Shown: positions 40,576 to 51,205 of the stretch, piece by piece | How positions within the stretch are numbered: position 1 is the first letter of the stretch | Layout of the letters: each line of letters starts with the position of its first letter | NCBI RefSeq assembly: GCF_001194135.2 | Contig: NC_068981.1 | Coordinates: 44,126,735 to 44,190,734, forward strand | Length of the DNA: 64,000 nt | DNA from: Octopus bimaculoides | Taxonomy: Eukaryota | Direction of reading: 5' to 3' | Notes under the pieces: model-generated | Databases searched by the model: none | Told to the model about the DNA's origin: nothing | The model's input: only the letters and a program-made list of their open reading frames with translations | Translations under genes and position numbers: made by a program

Positions 40576-43500
40576 CAGGTATATAAATACATGTATACAT
40601 TCTGCTTTCACTCTAAATACAGAATTCTATTGCGTGAGGATATTCGTCTTACATATTTTATTTAGAATTGAATTTCTCCATCAATTCTATATGTATTTTT
40701 ATTATTGTTTTCTAGCAAATAATGTTTTTATACTGTTTGAAATTCAAAAAGACCTTGTGCTATCTGGTTACTTAACAATATCGTCTTGGTGTATTTCTCA
40801 AATTTCTGTATGGAAATTTAACGATTTACATAACGTAGGCTTTCTCTACTGTAATTAATCTCGTATCACAATTTTCTCGAGTAAATATATTCATTTTATT
40901 CCTTCGATTAAAACACGACATCAATAGGACTTTTTAACACTGAATCCTGAGGTGTTTAAGTATTCATTGTCAAAAACGTAAACGCGCATATTTTGATGAT
41001 TACATGCGAATATATAATAAGAATTGAATCTACTTACGGTTCATCCCAAACTTTTTCCATAGAGTCCATAATGATCATATGAGAATAGGCCAGTTTTTTC
41101 TCGAAATCTTCAATGTCCGAGCACATTTCCCAGCTGAAATATATGAATGTTATAATGAATTACTAGGTGGGACGTTTAATAATTTATTATAAGTTAGTGT
41201 CATAAGTATGTGTATCAAAGAGAGAAACTGGTAACGACCCGCTAGGTTTCGGTTCTTCAAAGTTTTTAAGGCACCGAAAAGCATAGTACAGCTGTGTTCA
41301 TAGTTACACTGATTCATCTCTAGAACATGTTGTTTAATTTCCTCAATTCAAGAGGAACAACTAATCTTTAACAATTGCACTAAAATCCCATGTCTCTTGT
41401 CAATTAGGAATATTTAAATGAGCAAATATCAAATATTTTGTCTCTGATAATAATATCATTCCCTCAATTAATGAAAGACATTTGGAGCTTAGTACAAAGT
41501 GTGCTGGGAGAGACTTTGAGTATTGTCTGCTAATCTGAAAAAAACAAAACCTCTTTAATAAGATCTCCGAATGTCAATCAAGAGATTCACTCTAAAAATT
41601 CTTTCATTTATTCTTCCATCAAATCGAGGTTAGATTCCATTTTGCAGTGATATTCTTCTTCACATTCCTGATTTTTGCATGTTATCGCATGAAGCTGGAC
41701 AATTCATAAAAATCACCCTGTCTTGTTATCTGTTATAATCTCTTACGGTAACCAAACTACCGAAAGGTTTAGTGTTTATTTTGAGATACATAAAAGTTTT
41801 CTTGATTAAAAGCTAGTGAACTTAAGACAAATGCAAATTTTTCTTTAAATATAAATGATGATTTCATATATCTGACAAACCTCCAATATAACAGCCTCAT
41901 ATTTGAAACACATCAACATATGATGCATTTCCCTGACCAAAGTACTGCTTGGTAATCCTACAGCTATCTTTTTATAGATGCAACATGTCTACTAATGTCT
42001 TGTTTCTATTAGTTATTGAAAGTACAATCCTATATACTATGAACTATCGTAAAATATACCACAATAAAGTTATCTATGAATCTGCCTGATATCTTAAACT
42101 TTTTTCAACAAAATATGTCAATTATGTCGAACAACTACCACTATAAAGATCTCTCCGAAGTTTATAATTCAGTTTTAAATATTATATGCAGTAGGATCAG
42201 AAATGTTTCTGAGCAAATCTAATCTAATGAAAATACAAATAATTCTGTTATTTTCAAATATATTTGTTTCTAAATTAGCTCAAAGTTGCAGGGAAACCAT
42301 AATTTGGTCTGTACACAACAAAACAAAAAATGAAGCAATATTAATCAAGTTTAATCAATTAATTAATAAGACAATGGTAATAATCTAATATACTGATGTC
42401 TATTGTGCCAAGATCCTCGATGAAATTTCTCTACAATATCACTACATTAGGTTTTTAAATATGTTTTAACTTTCCAATAAGAAGATTGTCAAATTCCATT
42501 GTACAGACAACCGATTCAGTTCTGAATATATTGGGTGAATCTGCAAATGCGAGAAAGCTCAAAATTTATCACGATGAGTTTTATATGCACATGCATGTGT
42601 GTGTTTGTTTGAAAGTGACATTTTCCTACTCCTTAAGTAAACAAAAACATACCTCATAAAGAAGTTTTCCCAAGCATGCTCCCTTGTCTTGTATTTCATG
42701 AGAAGTAATTCAGCATCCTGTTCCTTAGCAGAAAACCTAGAAAGAAAATAGTGAGAATAGAAATTGTGAAAAGGATGTGATGAGAAATTGAATTCCATAG
42801 AAACATATAATATATAGAGATATTTTAGAGAAATAGAAATATTAAAAAAAGAAAATATTCCTAAAAAATTCAAGTAAGTGTGTGTGTGGTGTTGGGGGGG
42901 GGGTTAGATTTATTTAAGATTAATAACAAAGGAGTTTCGTAATGTGTTTACATAAGAAAAACTTTTCATCTTTAGTGTTAACCAAATATCAATTCATTCT
43001 CATTATATTGTAGCTTTCTTTCAAACATAACCAACAAATTTCAATATTGTATCTGTAAGCGGAGGAAGATAGGATTTTCCAAGAGATTGATTGATCAAAA
43101 TTGTTTCTTTGGAGGTGCCAATTTTTTTCAGATAGACCTGTGCTATTCTCTTTTCTAGACTCTCTAATGGGAAATTTATGATTATTAATTCTTGATTTAA
43201 TAGGTTTCGTGAAACCAACGTATATGTATTTAGAGGTATTATGATTAATAATAATTGCTTGTATACTACTTCTTTCATTTTGCAATTTCTGTTTATTTCA
43301 CAAGTATCTGGTTCTCTACAATTACAATATAAATTATTGGGTGGTACTATGGTGTCATGTCTATATTTATTAGTGATAATGGAGTTTTGCTTATTAACAC
43401 AATATCAGTTGTTAGTTATACGATTATTGGAGTTGCTAGGTATATTTAATGATGTTTTTGTTATTATAGAATAGGTCCAATTTCTTATTGTTAAAAGAAG

Positions 43501-44828
43501 AGTTTATCCTAAAAAGATTTGGGGAGACTGAAAATCCAAATCTGATTTTTTTATTATTAAATATTATTTGCATATTTGGAGTTTTTACATTTTTATTAAT
43601 TGTATTTCTAATGGATGTAATACAATTAGATTTTAGATGTTTGGTAAAAGGTATTATGATTCAAGTAGTGTTATTGCTGTTTCTTTTATTGAAGTGATGG
43701 GTTGTTGGGGGGGGGGGGTCAGCTATTCTCACACGAGGTATTGGTCTTTTTTTGCTATTTTATTCCTATCTATATTAATATGACTTCTGTGGTTATATTA
43801 TTGGAGGGATTAGGTGAGATGAGATTATTTTTATTTTTTATGCTTATTGATTATTATTCTTATTGTTATCTATAATAAAGCATTTATAGTGTTTGCTGTC
43901 AGTATTCTTGGGTTTATTAATATTAGTATTAGTGCAGTTAGTAAGGCGTAAATTGCTAAAAATTATATTATTGCTTCTTTTAGTAAATGTTTGGTTATTG
44001 TGTTCATATTGATTAAGTTTATTAGTATGTTAATTGTAGTTCTGGATTCCATGTCTATTGCTAAAGTTATGTTGATGACTATTATTGACAGTTTTTTAAT
44101 ATATTTGTCGGGCTGTACTAATTGATAGATGACTTAGGTTCACTAATATTATCTATGTGGTTCATATCAAGATATATTTTGTTATTATTAGTATTCCTGT
44201 CGTCGTTTATATTGTACTTAATTTCATATTTATATCCTGCTTTCTTAAGTGCTAGGTTATAGTAGTCTTTTGAAATTTAAAAAATATTTCATTTTTTAAA
44301 AATATTTCTATTTATTTAAAATATCTCTATATATTATCTCTTTCTATTGAATTCAATTACTCACCACTTCCTCTTCACATCTAATCAATACTATAGATTA
44401 TACTTGCCCTATATTGCCTAACAAATGCTGGGTATAACGATTCTCTGGTTTACACCCCCGTTCACTTTAAACGCCAAGAGGTTAGCCAAGCTCTTCTTTC
44501 AAATAGTAGATTCTAACTTCTCACGTCAACATAAATACCGATCAATCTTTAATACATCTACCCTTAGTTTATCCTACTTCTCTCCGCCTGATATGTAACT
44601 AAGGCGAATGTTGATACTAATAGCACCACCACTAATACTAATATTGATAGCTATAATATGGAAACCATCACCACCACCACCAGACAATGGGTGAATACGA
44701 ATGGATCAAAAGACAATCAATAAAAAAATACATATAATGTATGACGTATGTCAGTATAAACAAACAATGACTGCTTACGTGTAAGAAAGGTATAGGATGA
44801 TTAGGAAACATATGATGTACCCTCTCAT
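26912..44828 (-). CDS. Gene 1 (whole span): 13-exon secreted precursor protein, 232 aa, family not recognised
   Basis: Hand-spliced join of 44779-44828, 42653-42736, 41038-41133, 37952-38089, 36506-36538, 35804-35833, 33737-33775, 32941-32976, 30898-30921, 28877-28903, 27512-27524, 27198-27253, 26912-26984 = 699 nt, ATG to TAG, no internal stop, every intron GT..AG. Protein: MRGYIICFLIILYLSYTFSAKEQDAELLLMKYKTREHAWENFFMSWEMCSDIEDFEKKLAYSHMIIMDSMEKVWDEPYIKRLLLFPIYHFKQYEKKAFKNAMGCFQKIFEDPFAIPKGKEFKRPKRSVRSKRAIARLGKATLDIVSGAFSGFLGNIASEGLLRFLGIGDNADSSAKEVRNVNDWKERPAFQYVLKCLANNKKMTSDEHKFCNIKSQSLDKHDLESNPDPTSG*. Confidence 0.8.
27198..27253 (-). CDS. Gene 1 exon 12 (56 nt, phase 0->2) QYVLKCLANNKKMTSDEH
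   Basis: Acceptor gaagattttcag, donor aa|gtgagt; phase-2 reading hits TGA, phase 0 is open. Confidence 0.8.
27512..27524 (-). CDS. Gene 1 exon 11, microexon (13 nt, phase 2->0) RPAF
   Basis: Acceptor ctgttgttctcctag, donor ttt|gtaagt; supplies exactly the phase shift needed to keep exon 12 open. Confidence 0.75.
28330..28425 (+). ncRNA. Hammerhead-ribozyme-like motif (type I, Penelope-type minimal stem III)
   Basis: CTGATGA 28340-46; stem II ATAGC/GCTAT (28347-51/28401-05) extended by GCGG/CCGC; GAAAC 28406-10; palindromic ATAT loop; GTA triplet 28415-17; stem I imperfect. Confidence 0.6.
28540..28720 (-). mobile_element. SINE family B, degenerate copy
   Basis: Reverse-complement similarity to 46235-46400. 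Confidence 0.5.
28877..28903 (-). CDS. Gene 1 exon 10, microexon (27 nt) VRNVNDWK
   Basis: Acceptor atttcttttcatttctag, donor ga|gtaagt. Confidence 0.8.
30649..30880 (+). mobile_element. SINE family A
   Basis: ggtggcgagctggcagaaacg...ttctgagttcaaattc...catcctttcggggtc. Confidence 0.85.
30898..30921 (-). CDS. Gene 1 exon 9, microexon (24 nt) NADSSAK
   Basis: Acceptor cattttcctttacag, donor ga|gtaagt. Confidence 0.8.
31750..32900 (-). mobile_element. Highly degraded LINE relic (apurinic endonuclease region, CR1/L2-like)
   Basis: Broken frames give CPKMTCHRSSSARSTID, ISPSNHHALL (cf. SDH) and RNKPWLKK (cf. KPW). Confidence 0.35.
32941..32976 (-). CDS. Gene 1 exon 8, microexon (36 nt) SEGLLRFLGIG
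   Basis: Acceptor caatatttttcag, donor ga|gtaagt. Confidence 0.85.
33600..33700. repeat. Partial palindromic repeat with 17-bp inverted repeat
   Basis: gacctgttcactgacaa (33644-60) / ttgtcagtgaacaggtt (33682-98). Confidence 0.7.
33737..33775 (-). CDS. Gene 1 exon 7, microexon (39 nt) VSGAFSGFLGNI
   Basis: Acceptor ttattctttcattttag, donor gc|gtaagt. Confidence 0.85.
34700..35585 (+). mobile_element. RTE-clade LINE 3' relic
   Basis: VEGTILKVVDEFV*LGSTLS..LDDEISFRL...TKIAVYRTCVL..LY...FHQRCLKHIL...QMLYGELVNGKR...KPRLRFKD. Confidence 0.88.
35804..35833 (-). CDS. Gene 1 exon 6, microexon (30 nt) ARLGKATLD
   Basis: Acceptor ttgttttcctttacag, donor at|gtaagt. Confidence 0.85.
36506..36538 (-). 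CDS. Gene 1 exon 5, microexon (33 nt) PKRSVRSKRA carrying the furin-type sites
   Basis: Acceptor cgtttgtttacag, donor at|gtgagt. Confidence 0.8.
37458..37672 (+). mobile_element. Internally deleted mariner relic
   Basis: Degenerate TIRs (caggcggatggtgaaaagtc / gaacatttcagtacactct), TA flanks, transposase C-terminus LEKLKDRCNKCMSPGGEFVG*. Confidence 0.6.
37952..38089 (-). CDS. Gene 1 exon 4 (138 nt, phase 2-2) YIKRLLLFPIYHFKQYEKKAFKNAMGCFQKIFEDPFAIPKGKEFK
   Basis: Acceptor ccttattcacag, donor cg|gtaagt; only the phase-2 frame is open; lies within ORF 37948..38223. Confidence 0.85.
39250..40370 (-). mobile_element. RTE-clade LINE relic, endonuclease fused to RT by internal deletion
   Basis: KRRTALV..IGVVALLGTRL..FLWLGKP..EFAIRKDLV..ISERL (endonuclease), then GRGTVDMIFNLRKLQ...LGVPEKIL...FTVSNGTKHDCVVA (RT). 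Confidence 0.8.
41038..41133 (-). CDS. Gene 1 exon 3 (96 nt, phase 2-2) WEMCSDIEDFEKKLAYSHMIIMDSMEKVWDE
   Basis: Acceptor catatatttcag, donor cc|gtaagt, open frame. Confidence 0.85.
41500..42560 (-). mobile_element. Possible Penelope-like RT relic
   Basis: Weak motifs RFIDNFIV (cf. RYIDDIF) and IMVSLQL*ANL (cf. MGSPLAP.LANL). Confidence 0.3.
42653..42736 (-). CDS. Gene 1 exon 2 (84 nt, phase 2-2) FSAKEQDAELLLMKYKTREHAWENFFM
   Basis: Acceptor ctattttctttctag, donor ag|gtatgt, open in the frame continuing exon 1. Confidence 0.85.
42900..44500 (-). mobile_element. Penelope-like element relic (RT thumb, linker, GIY-YIG endonuclease)
   Basis: YNLALKKAGY; CNCREPDTCEINRNCKMKEVVYK; YIYVGFTKPIKSRINNHK...NSTGLSE..W.L...ISWKIL...CWLCLKE (ORFs 42989..43285, 43021..43278). 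Confidence 0.8.
44779..44828 (-). CDS. Gene 1 coding exon 1 (signal peptide MRGYIICFLIILYLSY, 50 nt)
   Basis: caaaATG context, hydrophobic core, donor ac|gtaagc; possible acceptor ctccaaag 4 nt upstream of the ATG. Confidence 0.8.
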
Positions 44829-44984
44829 TTTGCTTTGGAGAAATTGGACGTTTACAATTTCGTAAAAACGATTTTATGAAATCGCAATATGACAGTGAAA
44901 ATAATCTGCAAAATAAAACAAATATTCATTTCAGCGTGAGGAAGTTTTGTTAAAAATATTATTTTTATAAATAGTACAGGTGCA

Positions 44985-45050
44985 GCCATGGACGTAAACA
45001 CAAAAGCATCAGTTGTCAAGCAATGGTGGAGTGACAAATGCAGACACACA

Positions 45051-45123
<73 letters not shown>

Positions 45124-48095
45124 ACACACACACAACGGGCTTTTTTTAGTTTCCGTCTACCAAATCCACCCACAAGGATTTGGTCGGCCCGAGGCAATGG
45201 TAGAAGACACTTGCCTAAGGTGTATATATATATAAGTCCATCGTCATTTTTCTAATACTTATTTTGTTATTAATCGTTTCTTACAAAATGTCTTGCAAAT
45301 AATGAACATACTTTAAAATATATATAGTAAAATCCCATATATAGTAAATGTCCCATGAAGTAAGCATATTTATTTTTTAAGTTTTCGTTCTCTAATTTAG
45401 GCCACTACTTAATACAGACACACACAGAAATATCTATAGATATAAAAAAATGAGTTTGAACAATTTGTGGCTCTTCTTGGATGCGTATTACTAGTCTTGT
45501 TTAATTTTCCTATTAAATTCATGACCTGATAGTAAACTGCAGTTTCTACGGGATTATTCGTAGCGCACATGGGTGATTGAGGAATAATGCGAGGTCTTGC
45601 TCCTCTATATGGATTCGGAAGTGCTGGTTTTTGTATATTAGCTGTTCGATGGCGCTTGGTGAAAGTAAAATTAAACTGCATAATATGAATAGAAAATAGA
45701 ATGCAATAAACAGGTTAGTTCATGTGAGGTTGTATAGGATGTAAAAAAAGAGTCCCTCCGCAGAAAATATATTATTGCAGAAGGAATATTTATAAGATCG
45801 TATAAAGCTATGAAAGAATATACTAGACCTTTCAAGACTGAAAAAAAAAAAAAAAATTATAAAAGGTGTTGAAAGCGTCGTCCTTCATTTTCACCTTATT
45901 TTACTGTCATGTGAACACTAGTCTGATTTCCGTAGGACGTAGAAAATCCACTGCGGAGAGAGGTTTTGAACATGTATGACGTCAGAGTGTAAAAGGTAGA
46001 GTGACCGAGAAATAAAGCGAATGGAGAAGATTTCGAAATACAAGTGAAGGATTGGAATAATGAAACTGTACGCATTTAAGACAAAGACATGTATGTATAT
46101 GTGCCTGCATGAGTTGGATTCGTTATTTTTCTCTTTGCCTGCGTGAGATGGGAGTATTGAGGTTTGGGAGATATATTATGGTAGTGGAATAGTTTTTAAC
46201 TGATATTTCTAAATTTCGGTGCAAAAAGAAATTTGCTTGTTTCAGTCATCTGATTGCGGACACGCTGCGGCACCGCCTTTAGTCGAGCAAATCGACCCCA
46301 GGACTTATTCTTTGTAAGCCTAGTACTTATTCTATCGAATCGCTAAGTTACAAGGATGTAAACAGAAAAGCATCAGTTGTCAAGCGATAGTGGAATGACG
46401 AATGCAGACACACAAACATGCACCCCCCCCCACACACACAACGGGCTTTTTTTAGTTTCCGTCTACCAAATCCACCCACAAGGATTTGGTTGGCCCGAGG
46501 CAATGGTAGAAGACACTTGCCTAAGGTGTATATATATATATATAAGTCCATCGTCATTTTTCTAATACTCATTTAGTTATTAATCGTTTCTTACAAAATT
46601 TGTTGCAAATAATGGACATACTTTAAAATCTATATAGTAAATGTCCCATATATAGTAAATGTCCCATGAAGTAAGCATATTTATTTTTTAAGTTTTCGTT
46701 CTCTAATTTAGGACACTACTGAGTACAGACACAAACACATACACACATACACACACACAGACATATCTATAGATATAAAAAGATGAGGTTCAACGATGTG
46801 TGGCTCTTTTTGGATGCGTATTACTAGACCTGTTTAGTTTTCCTATTAAATTCACGACGTTTCTCAGGTTTACATGACTTGAGTATGTTAAAGTATATAT
46901 AACTGTATAACCATGAAATGCCTCTGCTTAAATCCTTTACTTGTAACATTCCAACTGCCTAAAATATTTTTTAATTCCTTTTTTACATTTTGTTAAATTC
47001 TTATATTACTATTTTCTCTTCAAAATTATATTTTCGACACACACCGTGCTCTCTACATATTCTGATCGAATGTTTCCTGTATTAACATAAGACTCTTCAC
47101 GACAATATCATCTCCATTATATATACATGTACATAAGATTCATGAGAGGATAAAGCGCGAAGAGTTTGACAAGATGTGATGTAATAACCAAAGGATAAGA
47201 GCAGCAGTTATGCGACAGTAACAAATAATAATGAAATAACTGTAAAAGCTGTACACAGGTAACTATACACCGACTAAAAGAATAAGAAAAGTAATAGACT
47301 TACGTTTAAGGAGTAATTTTCACCAATGTAAAATTAACGAGACTGATGTGAGAAAATGAATGCAAAGTGAAAGTAAAATTAAACTGCGTAATATGAATAG
47401 AAAATAGAATGCAATAAACAGGTTAGTTCATGTGAGGTTGTATAGGTTGTAAAAAAAGAGTCCCTCCGCAGAAAGTATATTATTGCAGAATGAATATGTA
47501 TAAGATGGTATAAAGCTACAATAGAATATATTAGACCTTACACACAAACACACACACACGCACACATACACACACATACACACACACACACACACACACC
47601 CACACACCCACACACATATATATATATATATACATGCAACAGGCTTCTTTCAATTTCCGTCTACCAAATCCACCCACAAGGATTTGGTCGGCCCGAGGCA
47701 ATGGTAGTAGACACTTGCCTGAGGTGTGTATATATATATATAAATATATATATGTATATATATATATATGTTTCTAATATATATATGTTTCTAATACTTA
47801 TTTAGTTATCAATCGTTTCTTACAAAATTTGTTGCAAATAATGAACATACTTTAAAATATATATAGTAAAAGTCACATATATAGTAAATGTCCCATGAAG
47901 TAAGCATATTTATTTTTTAAATGTTCGTTCTCTAATTTAGGCCACTACTGAATAGGATGCAATAAACAGGTTAGTTCATGTGAGGTTGTATAGGTTTAAA
48001 AAAAGCGTCTCTCCGCAGAATATATATTATTACAGAATGAATATTTATAAGATGGTATAAAGCTACAAAAGAATATATTAGACCTTACAAGACTT
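44985..48095. repeat. Local mosaic duplication, blocks A and B each in 3 copies
   Basis: A: 44985-45530, 46355-46860, 47640-47950; B: 45661-45840, 47370-47540, 47955-48095. Confidence 0.9.
46235..46420 (+). mobile_element. SINE family B
   Basis: ttcagtcatctgattgcgg...caccgcctttagtcgagcaaatcgaccccaggacttattctttgtaagcctagtacttattc. Confidence 0.8.
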
Positions 48096-48139
48096 TAAAA
48101 AAAAACTTTCTGAATAGTACTGCATTTTCCTTTTCCACT

Positions 48140-48560
48140 AATAACTTACGAAGGTCCGATAGCTGCATGTGCCGATCCGTGTCTGAATGCCCGTTGCAAG
48201 CCCACTGCAGAAGATTTAACGCAGTATACAAATTCACGAATCACCACATATTGCATAATTCTACTAAATGTTTTATCGGGTCTACTATTAATTTTAAGCC
48301 GATATTCAGCGCATATAGATCCATTTATGTATGAGAAGCATTGCAAATCTACCTCGTATACACCATCCAACAGATAGTAAGGTACCATATAGGAGATCAT
48401 GGACCATATTAGATTCTGGATTCCTATGACAAGGTGAACCATTCATTTGGGACTATTTCTAACACAAGCCTTCTAAATGTTAATGCATAAATCACAGAAC
48501 TTACTCAATAAACAATACAGAGCCTTCTCTACAGTTCATAGGTTCTATCTCACCATTAAA
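48140..48560 (-). mobile_element. Old RTE-like RT relic
   Basis: IQNLIWSM (cf. INNLRYADD), YRLKIN..KT, EFVYC (cf. EFVYLG), IQTRIG. Confidence 0.4.
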
Positions 48561-49970
48561 TCCTTCCATAGATATGTGTGTGCATGTATGTGTGTATGTA
48601 TTTATGGGTATGTATATGCGTGAATGTATGTGTATGTATTTATGTATAATTATATGTGTGTATCTTACACGTGAGGTATTTTCAATTCAATAAGTTTTAG
48701 TTTTGTAGTTTTAAGTTATTATTTTCTTTATTTTAATTTTAAGTTTTAACTTATATACTTAATCCTTTATCTCGTATAACTAAGATTGCTATTAAGCTTG
48801 AAATACAATTTTAAATATCCGTACTAACCACTATTCAATTGTCCTTCGCAACCTTTCCTAGATTGTCCTTCCGCTCGCACTTTACTAAAGCTTTAAAGCT
48901 TGACCTTTCACCCTAATGCAAGACTGACACATATTTATCATTACCTTTACTTCAATTATATTTTTATTTTTACTTTTATTTTACCCTTTTACTCCTATCT
49001 TGTTTTAAATTCTACTCCTTTCTCTTCCCGCTCTTTCTCCTCCCTCTCTCTTTCTATCGTAAAAGCCATTTACAATATCTCTATCATTACATTTATTTTT
49101 ATTTCATTTCAATGTTTTCTTCTTGTTTACCCTTTTACCCCCATTTTGTTTTTATTCCTTTCTACTCTCTCTGTTTCTGTTTTCTCTCTCTCTCCTATAT
49201 ACATCCGCGCACAAGACCCATCTATGACTTTTTCGTTCTATATAAACATTTACATTATGAATACCTCATTTAAAATACTGCCTTGTCTCTGATGACGGAT
49301 ATAATATATATATATATATATATATANNNNNNNNNNNNNNNNNNNNNNNNNNNNNNNNNNNNNNNNNNNNNNNNNNNNNNNNNNNNNNNNNNNNNNNNNN
49401 NNNNNNNNNNNNNNNNNNNNNNNNNNNNNNNNNNNNNNNNNNNNNNNNNNNNNNNNNNNNNNNNNNNNNNNNNNNNNNNNNNNNNNNNNNNNNNNNNNNN
49501 NNNNNNNNNNNNNNNNNNNNNNNNNNNNNNNNNNNNNNNNNNNNNNNNNNNNNNNNNNNNNNNNNNNNNNNNNNNNNNNNNNNNNNNNNNNNNNNNNNNN
49601 NNNNNNNNNNNNNNNNNNNNNNNNNNNNNNNNNNNNNNNNNNNNNNNNNNNNNNNNNNNNNNNNNNNNNNNNNNNNNNNNNNNNNNNNNNNNNNNNNNNN
49701 NNNNNNNNNNNNNNNNNNNNNNNNNNNNNNNNNNNNNNNNNNNNNNNNNNNNNNNNNNNNNNNNNNNNNNNNNNNNNNNNNNNNNNNNNNNNNNNNNNNN
49801 NNNNNNNNNNNNNNNNNNNNNNNNNNNNNNNNNNNNNNNNNNNNNNNNNNNNNNNNNNNNNNNNNNNNNNNNNNNNNNNNNNNNNNNNNNNNNNNNNNNN
49901 NNNNNNNNNNNNNNNNNNNNNNNNNNNNNNNNNNNNNNNNNNNNNNNNNNNNNNNNNNNNNNNNGTTTAC

Positions 49971-50117
49971 GCTTTTCCCTCCGGTGTTTTGTTCTATGTG
50001 TGCCATAAATATCGCCATCCGTTTTAGAGAAAAATTTGTAGTTTAGAATCAGTAGTTCTTTGACTGCTATTTCTAAATTTTCAGTATGTTGGAGAAGCAA
50101 CTCAATTGCTAATCCCT
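49971..50117. repeat. 147-bp dispersed repeat, copy 2
   Basis: Same orientation as 81-227; starts at the edge of an N gap. Confidence 0.9.
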
Positions 50118-50789
50118 GTATATTTACGATGATAAATAGTTTTTACCGATAAAGGTTTTTTTTCATACTGAACTACTTGGCAAAATTGTTAATTATTAAT
50201 TCTATTATTAATTGACGATTCCCTGCCCTTATTCTTGTATATTTTATATTTGATATCTCTAAGTTAGATGGTTAAACCGTAATCCCTCCACACTTCTTTT
50301 CATACGGGACTATTTGTGACGCACATGGAATAGATTTCTTTGTATGCATGTATATGTATGTATGCATGTATGTATAAGTATATGCATATGTGTGTATGCA
50401 TGTAAGTGTGTGTATATGTATATATGCATGACTGCATGTATGTGTGTATGTATTGTCAAATCATTAAGAGCCTTAAAATTAAGAACAAATAACAACAGGA
50501 TGCGGACATGGAAAGCATTAGTTTGACGTTCAGTGAAAAGAGAAACACTTTGACGTGTTTTGCATAGGGCTTCTTAAGGAAAGAAAAAATGAAAGGATGA
50601 GAGAGAAACTACGAAAGGGGTTCCCCTTCTCCCCTTTTCGTCTTTTCTCTTTCATCTTTTCTCTAAACATTTTTCTCTCCCCTTCTCCGTTTTCTTCTTG
50701 TCTATGTCTCTCCCTCTTCATCCTTTACTTTCTCTCGTTGCTCTTACGGGACAATTATCCATCTTGCTTTTCCTCACGTGATTATCTTT

Positions 50790-51205
50790 CTTTTCCTTCA
50801 GTCTGTCTCTACAGACTAAACGCATTCTTAACTGTCTCCTCTCCAATCACTTCACTTATCAAAGAATATTCCAGTTTGCTTGAAAGTTTGCCGTTCTCAA
50901 GAAAGCTCCGGAAAAATCTGCAGTGGTTTTGCCACGGCACATTTGCATGTTTTGTGGAGGATTGCTGGGAAACCATCAGCTAAGCCTTTCTATTGTAACT
51001 ACCACCCTGTTTGTAAGTGAGGCAGCAAAGAAATCCTCTGTTTCGTTCACTTCTCTGTGTTCCAACGGGGTAGTGTACTGAGGCCGTTTCTTTGGTACAC
51101 TGAAAGAAAGCCTTTATGTTAGACATTCTGTCTTTTTTTTTTATTCTTTGTCTGCGCGTTTTTTGAATCTCTATCAGTGTTGCTTTTAGGCGAGATCTTT
51201 CACAA
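50790..51205 (-). mobile_element. CR1/Jockey-like LINE relic
   Basis: NIKAFFQCTK (cf. NPKAFY.Y.K) and ADGFPAILHKTCKCAVAKPLQIF (cf. GPDG.PA..LK.C...LAKPL). Confidence 0.6.

Noticed and set aside
48146-48442. 98-aa ORF ending at a GTAAGT donor as a host exon
   Set aside because: Carries decayed RTE reverse-transcriptase motifs and has no convincing acceptor.
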